DNA from: an uncultured virus (IMG/VR IMGVR_UViG_3300045051_001511)
Taxonomy: Duplodnaviria; Heunggongvirae; Uroviricota; Caudoviricetes
Length of the DNA stretch: 64,000 nt
IMG/VR virus record: IMGVR_UViG_3300045051_001511
Strand: one strand, 5' to 3'
Shown: positions 1 to 6,173 of the stretch, piece after piece
Position numbering within the stretch: position 1 is the first letter of the stretch
How the letters are laid out: every line of letters begins with the position of its first letter
Program-made: the position numbers and the translations under genes
The notes under the pieces: generated by a model
Told to the model about the DNA's origin: nothing
The model's input: only the letters and a program-made list of their open reading frames with translations
The model's database searches: none

Positions 1-189
1 ATGAAATCGCCAGAACTGCCAATGGTAAGCATAAAGACCTTTGTGGTTGGCCCCAGGCATGATGCCCATCTCCCCAAAAACTGGCTCAAGAAGTTTGGAA
101 TCTCAGAGGGAGATGAGCTCACGATTTTTGAGGACACGTCGGGCCGCCTGATCATTGTGCCCGCAAAGGCTAGCGAGGCGGCGCGATGA
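1..189 (+). CDS. AbrB/MazE/SpoVT-family small DNA-binding protein
   Basis: Motif LPKNWLKKFGISEGDELTIFEDTSGRLIIVP. Confidence 0.7.
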   Translation: MKSPELPMVSIKTFVVGPRHDAHLPKNWLKKFGISEGDELTIFEDTSGRLIIVPAKASEAAR

Positions 190-731
190 AAGAAATGACA
201 GTCGCCGAGATTGCCGCGCTCTGCGAGGTGGACTACTCGACGGTTTGCAGATGGGCCAAAGAGGCCTCTGGCAAAATGCCAGAGATCTCTTGCAAAATGC
301 AAAAGGCCCGTGAGACCTCAAAACCCGCAACTTTTGCCGTGGAAGAGACCCTCGCCATCGTCCGCGCTGGCGGCAAGGCCACCCTGGCCGCCCTCCTCGA
401 AGAGAACGCTGCCAAAAACCTCCCCGCCCCAAAGCCCCGTATCCTCAACGGTAAACAGCTCGAATATCTCTATCGGATGACCGAGAAGAAGATGATCTCC
501 CCCTACCAGGTCCAGCTCCTCCTCGGCGTTGCCATTCCGCGGCAAAACGCGCTCCCCGAAGTTCCCGCTTCGCTTGAACAGGGCGAGGCTGCCTTCCAGG
601 AGATCATGTCGCGCTTTTCGAATCCAAAGCTTCCCTTCAGAAAGCACGAAATGGCGAAGAAGGCGATCGAAGGCCGAGCCATCGCCGAGTCGCAGCAAGG
701 GGCCCTGCCCCTCGAAGGAGGACACTCGTGA
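186..731 (+). CDS. N-terminal HTH DNA-binding phage protein
   Basis: MTVAEIAALCEVDYSTVCRW is an HTH pattern; ATGA overlap with the upstream gene. Confidence 0.7.
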   Translation: MKEMTVAEIAALCEVDYSTVCRWAKEASGKMPEISCKMQKARETSKPATFAVEETLAIVRAGGKATLAALLEENAAKNLPAPKPRILNGKQLEYLYRMTEKKMISPYQVQLLLGVAIPRQNALPEVPASLEQGEAAFQEIMSRFSNPKLPFRKHEMAKKAIEGRAIAESQQGALPLEGGHS

Positions 732-943
732 AAGCCCTCTACTCCCTCTCCACACTCGACCGGGCGGACCCTGTCCATATCGGCGCTCCGGACGGCAAGC
801 ACACCCTCTGCGGTGAGCCCCTTGTGATCTTCGGTGAGGCGCTCCCGGAGGAATATGCGCGGATGCATACGCCCTGCAAGCTCTGCACCCGGGTCGATGC
901 CCTCGCCCGGAAACAGGTCCGCGCCTGGGGAGCGCTGACATGA
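728..943 (+). CDS. Small Cys/His (putative Zn-binding) phage protein
   Basis: H...LCG...CKLC; similar to 52056..52232 and 8729..8935. Confidence 0.55.
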   Translation: MKALYSLSTLDRADPVHIGAPDGKHTLCGEPLVIFGEALPEEYARMHTPCKLCTRVDALARKQVRAWGALT

Positions 944-1056
944 CCTACGACCAGCTCAAGGGCTACTTCGGCCTTTATCGCCTGGGGAAGCTTACCCGCT
1001 GCGAGCTCGTCGCGGCGATCGGCCTCTGGCAGATATCAGGAGCGCGCTGTGAGTGA
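940..1056 (+). CDS. 38-aa hypothetical protein (not in ORF track)
   Basis: MTYDQLKGYFGLYRLGKLTRCELVAAIGLWQ; clear paralog at 52229..52345; ATGA coupling. Confidence 0.7.
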   Translation: MTYDQLKGYFGLYRLGKLTRCELVAAIGLWQISGARCE

Positions 1057-1354
1057 TCGCCCGGATCCGGCCAACGTCGTCCAGGTAAACACTTGGCTCA
1101 TGGACCACATCGAGGCCCTCGAGCGCGAGCGGGGCGAAACGCGATATTCGGCAACGGCCGCGGCGAAGGCCCTCGGCTTCCCGGCCTCCCATTTCCGCGG
1201 CCATCCCTGGCGCGTCCCTGAGTTCGGCCTCAAGGGTCGGCGGCATCCGCTGCGGGCCTGGAGGGAATGGAACGAGCGGCCAGAAATCGAGCTTCGCAGG
1301 GCTTGGGAGAAGATCCCGATCAAGGATCGCTCGGCCGCTGTGGGGAGCGTATGA
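1049..1354 (+). CDS. Hypothetical phage protein, possible HTH
   Basis: N-terminus nearly identical to 52342..52662 (RPDPANVVxVNTWLMDHIEALERERGE). Confidence 0.7.
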   Translation: MSDRPDPANVVQVNTWLMDHIEALERERGETRYSATAAAKALGFPASHFRGHPWRVPEFGLKGRRHPLRAWREWNERPEIELRRAWEKIPIKDRSAAVGSV

Positions 1355-1548
1355 GCGGCGCCGGCATGACTCCGCTCGCCTCGCCAGAGCAGGTCGCGGA
1401 CTTCCTGAATTTGGAGCCGCGAGAGGTCTGCCGCTTAGCGAAGGATGGGAAGCTGCCGTCGTATCGACTCAGCAAGAAGGTTATCCGCTTCGATATGGGC
1501 GAGGTTATGGCCTGGATGGAAAAGCACAAGATCGAGGTGAGAGCATGA
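1351..1548 (+). CDS. Excisionase-like HTH (HTH_17) protein
   Basis: SPEQVADFLNL...GKLPSYRLSKKVIRFD...WME pattern. Confidence 0.75.
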   Translation: MSGAGMTPLASPEQVADFLNLEPREVCRLAKDGKLPSYRLSKKVIRFDMGEVMAWMEKHKIEVRA

Positions 1549-1883
1549 GCGGGCGGATCCGGGTAGCTTCAAAAGAAGAGAGAACGCTCGATGGGATTCT
1601 CTTTGCCTCGAAGGCTGAGATGAATCGCTATGCCCTGCTCAAGATGCTCGAGCGAGCGAAGATTATCACCGACCTGGTGCTCCAACCTCGCTTTGAGATT
1701 TGCCCGGCTACGAAAACCGAAAAAGCAATGGAATATGTCGCAGATTTCGCCTATCGCGAACCTGGTTTTCCCCGTCGCATCGTAGAAGACGTGAAGGGAA
1801 TGAAAACCGACGTTTACAAAATTAAAAGGAAATTATTTCTCGCCAAATACCCGGACGTGGATTTCCGGGAAGTCAAAGCGTAA
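1545..1883 (+). CDS. DUF1064-family PD-(D/E)xK nuclease-like phage protein
   Basis: DGILFASKAE...LQPRF...YVADFAY...VEDVKG motif set. Confidence 0.8.
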   Translation: MSGRIRVASKEERTLDGILFASKAEMNRYALLKMLERAKIITDLVLQPRFEICPATKTEKAMEYVADFAYREPGFPRRIVEDVKGMKTDVYKIKRKLFLAKYPDVDFREVKA

Positions 1884-1893
1884 AGGAGGATCC

Positions 1894-2244
1894 ATGGGGA
1901 AACCGATCGAAAATCGGATGACGTTGAATAACGTCTCCAATGGGGCGCTGGAGGATCTTTTCCAGCGGGAGTTGCAGAAGGTTATGGCGAACATCGCGAG
2001 CGATGAAGTCCCGGCGACATCAGTCCGGAAGATCATCCTTGAGATCAAGTTCACCCCTTCCCAAAACAGGACAGAGATCGTCACGGCCGCTACCGCGATC
2101 TCGAAATGCCCCGAGGCTAATGGCGCAGTGATGGGCCTTATATATGCGGCGGCTGTCGATGGCGAGCTTATCGCCATCAGCAAAAACCCGACCCAGCTCA
2201 GCCTTGCTGACCAGCTCCAGGCTGCCAATGAAAGGAGGGCGTAG
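1894..2244 (+). CDS. Conserved phage protein
   Basis: RBS GGAGG; GALEDLFQRELQKVMANI...RKIILEIKF pattern common in prophages. Confidence 0.65.
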   Translation: MGKPIENRMTLNNVSNGALEDLFQRELQKVMANIASDEVPATSVRKIILEIKFTPSQNRTEIVTAATAISKCPEANGAVMGLIYAAAVDGELIAISKNPTQLSLADQLQAANERRA

Positions 2245-2991
2245 ATGGAATCCGATCTCACCGTGGCCGTAATCACCAAGATCGAGGAACTCGTCAAGAA
2301 GGGCGAGGAAAAAGGAAATCGTGTCATCCAGATCGGCGGGAAAGATTTCGACACGAAGTCGCTCACCAGGATCATCGACAACCCGAGGCCCAAGACCCTT
2401 ACGGTATCCTCCCTTTCGGCCATCTCGACCTACGTCAAGGAAAAGCTCGAAGGGCTTGATCCCTCCGGCGTTTTCATCCGCGTGGTCGGCCCCGCACAGG
2501 TCGAACTCCTGGAGGCGTTCTCCGGGGACGAGAAGATCCGGACGGAATACCTCAGGGCGAGCCTCGACAATGACGCCCAGCCCTTCCGGTTCAACACCTT
2601 CATGTCCTCCGAAGCCTTCATCATCGGCGCTATGTCCCTCTTCGAGGAGACCGAGGACCGGGTCAAGGCCATCTCCTTCGCATCCGGACTCGTCTCTGAA
2701 GCCAAACTCACGAAGACGGATTCGGGCGGCACCACGAAAACCCAGGCCCACCAAGGCGTCGTCAACCTTTCGGGCGAGGCAGAGCCTGGGGTCATCGTCC
2801 TCAAGCCCTTCCGGACCTTCCGCCAGATCGCCCAGCCCCAGAGCGCTTTCATCTTCCGCTACCGCGCCAATGGGGACGAAATCGAGGTTGCTCTCTTCGA
2901 GGCCGACGGCGGCGCCTGGAAGCATGAGGCGATGGAAAACATCGCCAAGTTCTTCGCGACCGAAGTCCCCGATCTCAAGGTTCTGGCATAA
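2245..2991 (+). CDS. Conserved phage protein (DUF2303-like)
   Basis: LKPFRTF.QI.QP.S.FIFR...ALFEADGGAWK motif. Confidence 0.65.
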   Translation: MESDLTVAVITKIEELVKKGEEKGNRVIQIGGKDFDTKSLTRIIDNPRPKTLTVSSLSAISTYVKEKLEGLDPSGVFIRVVGPAQVELLEAFSGDEKIRTEYLRASLDNDAQPFRFNTFMSSEAFIIGAMSLFEETEDRVKAISFASGLVSEAKLTKTDSGGTTKTQAHQGVVNLSGEAEPGVIVLKPFRTFRQIAQPQSAFIFRYRANGDEIEVALFEADGGAWKHEAMENIAKFFATEVPDLKVLA

Positions 2992-3080
2992 GGAGGTGAT
3001 CCCCATCTTCGCGGGGCCGATCCCCCCGCTCCTTCGATCCCTAGCGACCGTGCCGCATATAGCACGGGAAAGGATGAGAT

Positions 3081-3440
3081 GTGAAGAGACCCGTCGTGCT
3101 TCTCCTTGCGCTCCTCATGGCCTTGGCCGTGACCGCGCCCCTCGTCGCGTATACGCCCGGTGCTCCGCCCGGCGTAGTCCTGGCGGCGGACCTCGTCTCT
3201 CTCGAGATGCCCGCCGCCACCTTCCTTAAGATCGAGGCCGTCGGGGCCTCCCTCGAATCGGGCGCCATTCTTTTCGTGACCGACGCGCCCTCGGACTATG
3301 TGATTGCCGCGAAAGCGGACATGCTGGCCGGCCTCATGCGGGGCTTCGCGTTAAATCTCGATAACCACAACGCGAGCATCGCCCAGGATTATAGCTCGAG
3401 GACCAGCCTCGAATCCGCTATGGCCCTGGAGTGGGTTTAG
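3081..3440 (+). CDS. Hypothetical protein with N-terminal signal peptide
   Basis: MKRPVVLLLALLMALAVTA. Confidence 0.55.
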   Translation: MKRPVVLLLALLMALAVTAPLVAYTPGAPPGVVLAADLVSLEMPAATFLKIEAVGASLESGAILFVTDAPSDYVIAAKADMLAGLMRGFALNLDNHNASIAQDYSSRTSLESAMALEWV

Positions 3441-3629
3441 CAGCGCTCGTGTAGCCAATGATAGCTGGCGCGTCGGTGTGGCCGACGATAGCCAGAAGCG
3501 CGACGTGGCCTAAGGCCATTGCGCCGCGCATGAAGAGAGAAAATTAGGCCGACACCAACGGCCTGGGCCTGAGCCCACAATGAACGCGGCCGGTATATCG
3601 CTCGTAGCGCCAATCCGGCCGCTACTTTC

Positions 3630-3701
3630 GGGGACGTAGCTCAGTGGTAGAGCGGCGGCTTTGCAAGCCGTAGGTCGCGGGTTCAACCCCCGCTGTCTCC
3701 A
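3630..3701 (+). tRNA. tRNA-Ala(TGC)
   Basis: Full cloverleaf: acceptor GGGGACG/TGTCTCC with G3:U70, D arm GCTC/GAGC, anticodon loop TTTGCAA, T arm GCGGG-TTCAACC-CCCGC; CCA not encoded. Confidence 0.95.
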
Positions 3702-3810
3702 TCGCGCACAGCAAGGAGGTCACCAATGCGGGCCCCTTTGCGCGGTCGAACGCATTGAGAAAGGGCCGATGCAGATCAGCGGGAACCGCCCGGCGAATCG
3801 GGGCGGACGC

Positions 3811-3917
3811 GGGAGCGAGATAGCAGGCGTTCTAGCTTCCTCTATGCCTGCTGCGAAGAAGAGGCCCTGGGCTTCTCACTTCGAGGCGTCGAGCGGGTTC
3901 AATTCCCGCCGCTTCCA
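3811..3917 (+). ncRNA. tRNA-mimic structured RNA, copy A
   Basis: 7-bp acceptor GGGAGCG/CGCTTCC plus T arm GCGGG-TTCAATT-CCCGC enclosing two non-tRNA hairpins; 107-nt ungapped homolog at 53777..53883 with compensatory changes. Confidence 0.75.
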
Positions 3918-4026
3918 AGAGGCGATGTTACCTGACAGGGGCGTTGAGGGGAAAACGTAGACCCCTCCTGAAAAGAGCGATCCTGCCCTCGCCCGGGCTA
4001 GGCCGACCGACGCTCGGCTATTTCTT

Positions 4027-4098
4027 GTGACCGTCGTCCAAGGTTGGAGGACATCGGCGTAGCAAGCCGAGATTTGGGGTCAACGCCCAACGGTCACA
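4027..4098 (+). tRNA. Non-canonical tRNA-like gene, anticodon AGC
   Basis: Acceptor GTGACCG/CGGTCAC, D stem GTCC/GGAC, anticodon stem TCGGC/GCCGA with loop GTAGCAA, T stem TTGGG/CCCAA with loop GTCAACG. Confidence 0.65.
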
Positions 4099-4185
4099 GT
4101 CCTTGCGCTCACGGGACCATGCGGCGGGTTTCCTCCTTTGCCGCCGTCGCCGCGCAGTCCGGCGCCCGTGAGCTTCTTTTCCATG

Positions 4186-4273
4186 AGACGAAAGCGCCCG
4201 CTCCCTGGGCTCCTTGGGGCGAGCGCGCGAGGGCCTTTCGGACTGGATCGGCCGTCGCCGTCGAGGAGAAAAA
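4186..4273 (+). promoter_or_regulatory. Conserved structured leader upstream of the 4274 gene
   Basis: Homolog at 53891..53978; GACG/CGTC stem closes two hairpins right before RBS GAGGAG. Confidence 0.6.
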
Positions 4274-4543
4274 ATGCTGTACGAAGTCGAAGTTACGTGC
4301 CGCATCTATGTGTCGGCGGAGTTCGCGGACAAGGCCGCGGTCGAGAAACTCGTCGTGACGAGGGTCGCCTCGGAGGAGTGGCTGCTACAGGTCCGCGAGG
4401 GCGTCGAGTGGGGCGTGGGCAAGTACCTGCTTAAGGGCCTGTCCGCGGCCGTCGGGCCCGTCGAGCCCTTCCGGATGGATGGCACCGTCGCGGTGCGGCC
4501 GGTCGGTGAAGAGAAAGTGCAGGACGAAGAGGAGGAATCATGA
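4274..4543 (+). CDS. Hypothetical phage protein
   Basis: RBS GAGGAG; paralog 53979..54239 (MLYEVEV.CR.YVSAEF). Confidence 0.75.
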   Translation: MLYEVEVTCRIYVSAEFADKAAVEKLVVTRVASEEWLLQVREGVEWGVGKYLLKGLSAAVGPVEPFRMDGTVAVRPVGEEKVQDEEEES

Positions 4544-4647
4544 TCGGTACTGCAATCGGGATCGCGGTCGCTGTTGTCGTTCTCATCGTCTGGCCCGCGC
4601 TTGTCATCTCTGGCCGGCAATCCGACGCCGAGGAGAGGCTGGGATGA
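4540..4647 (+). CDS. 35-aa single-TM peptide
   Basis: MIGTAIGIAVAVVVLIVWPALVISG; ATGA coupled at both ends, RBS GGAGG. Confidence 0.55.
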   Translation: MIGTAIGIAVAVVVLIVWPALVISGRQSDAEERLG

Positions 4648-5006
4648 AAGCGACACTCACCTATGACGGGCGGACTTTCCACGTCGTGCCGCAGCGGCGA
4701 CGGGGCGCTTGCTCTTGCTATGGCTGCGCGCTGGCGTCCTCGCCCCCCTGCTCGGATATCGAGGGATGGAGGCAATGCACGGACGGTATGCTCGGGATCT
4801 GGCGCGAGACGCTTGGCTCTCGGCTCCGCCGCTTCTTCGCCGCGAGATCGACCCCGGACGAGAGCACGGCCGCCATACGCTACGGCACGACCGCGCGCCT
4901 CCTTGCCGAGCGAGATGCGCGAGCGGTGGGCGTGGCGGCCATCTCTCGCCGCGCAGCTGAGGCGGCGACGATCCTCGAGAAGGACGCTAAGGAAAAGCAA
5001 GCATGA
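4644..5006 (+). CDS. Hypothetical Cys-rich phage protein
   Basis: Coupled ORF with CSCYGC. Confidence 0.55.
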   Translation: MKATLTYDGRTFHVVPQRRRGACSCYGCALASSPPCSDIEGWRQCTDGMLGIWRETLGSRLRRFFAARSTPDESTAAIRYGTTARLLAERDARAVGVAAISRRAAEAATILEKDAKEKQA

Positions 5007-5686
5007 TAGCCGCCCTCTTTGTCGAGACAGGCGGGGCCTACTTCGGCCTACCGAATGTAGACCCATGGGACGAGTCGCGCGACGCTCGGCTCTATACGGG
5101 GCCGTGGCCTGTCGTCGCACATCCGCCCTGCGCTCGGTGGTGTAGGCTTGCCGCGCTTGTTGAAGCAACAAGGGGCTATAAGCGAGGCGAGGATGGGGGA
5201 TGCTTCGAATCGGCGCTAGCGAGCGTTCGACAATGGGGTGGTGTCCTTGAGCACCCGGCGTATTCGGATGCCTTTTATCGCTTTGGGCTCGGCCGACCCG
5301 AGGGCCCATGGCAGCGCACTATCGATGGTGGCTGGATTTGTCATGTGGAACAATGGCATTACGGCCATGCTGCAAAAAAAGCGACACGGCTTTACGCCTA
5401 TGGGATAGACCCGCCTCCACTTCGTTGGGGTAGAATTCCCGAGGATGCGATTACCGCATATGTGACTGATGGTGGCGGCGAGGTTAAGCGCCGAAAGCTT
5501 GCCTATGTATCTAGTGGCGGATTTGATAGGCATCCAGCGCAAATCTCATGGCTTAAGAATCATTCGGATCCTAATGACAAACGTCCGCGCCTTAGCGGGA
5601 AGGCGGCGTCTGCCACTCCTCAAGCCTTCCGCGACATCCTTATCGCCATGGCCGAATCTGCGCGGATAGCCGAGGTGGTGCGATGA
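5003..5686 (+). CDS. Short C5-cytosine DNA methyltransferase-like protein
   Basis: HPPC (motif IV) and VLEHP (ENV-like motif VI), C-terminal ATPxAF; no canonical FxGxG. Confidence 0.6.
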   Translation: MIAALFVETGGAYFGLPNVDPWDESRDARLYTGPWPVVAHPPCARWCRLAALVEATRGYKRGEDGGCFESALASVRQWGGVLEHPAYSDAFYRFGLGRPEGPWQRTIDGGWICHVEQWHYGHAAKKATRLYAYGIDPPPLRWGRIPEDAITAYVTDGGGEVKRRKLAYVSSGGFDRHPAQISWLKNHSDPNDKRPRLSGKAASATPQAFRDILIAMAESARIAEVVR

Positions 5687-6159
5687 AGCGCCTCCCACTC
5701 CTCGCGCTCGCCCTCCTTTGTGCCTCTCTCCACGCCGCGCCGATCTCCCCGGCTGTACACGACGCGGTGATGGTCATCGCCGACGCCGAGGGCGTCCCGC
5801 GGAGCGTAGCGAACTGGCTACAGATCGAGGAGTCGGGGGACAGGCGGACGGGCACCTGGGGCGATGCGCGGGCCGTGAGCCGGGAGGCTGTCCGCGGCTT
5901 CCACTCGGAGGGCCTCTTTCAAATCTTCGCCGAGCCGCGCCAGCTTGAGTATCTCCTCGCGGTCTATTGGCATGACGGCACCTTCGATATTTTCGATCCG
6001 GTCGATAATGCCACCCTCGCCCTCCGCTATCTCCATGCGCTTCATCGGCGCTTTGGGAGTTGGTATCTCGCCCTTTGCTATTTCAACCACGGCGACATCC
6101 TCCATATCCCAGAAGAGACAAAAGCCTACGCTCGCCGCATCTGCGAAGCGCATTACTAA
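5683..6159 (+). CDS. Lytic transglycosylase (SLT) with signal peptide
   Basis: QIEESG, GLFQI, FDPVDN...YL, YFNHG. Confidence 0.75.
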   Translation: MKRLPLLALALLCASLHAAPISPAVHDAVMVIADAEGVPRSVANWLQIEESGDRRTGTWGDARAVSREAVRGFHSEGLFQIFAEPRQLEYLLAVYWHDGTFDIFDPVDNATLALRYLHALHRRFGSWYLALCYFNHGDILHIPEETKAYARRICEAHY

Positions 6160-6173
6160 AAGGAGAAAGTGGC

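Noticed and set aside
3704..3767. Possible HDV-like (theta) ribozyme right after tRNA-Ala (GCGCA/TGCGC, GG, CGAA, CAATGCG/CGCATTG)
   Set aside because: Too few nucleotides for P3, L3 and a full P1; kept only as part of the RNA cassette.
3811..3917. tmRNA or an ordinary tRNA-Gln
   Set aside because: Only 107 nt, no tag reading frame, no canonical D arm or U33 anticodon loop.
3661..4358. ORFs 3661..3960, 4018..4305, 4044..4358
   Set aside because: They overlap tRNA and structured-RNA elements, lack good RBSs and have no recognisable motifs.
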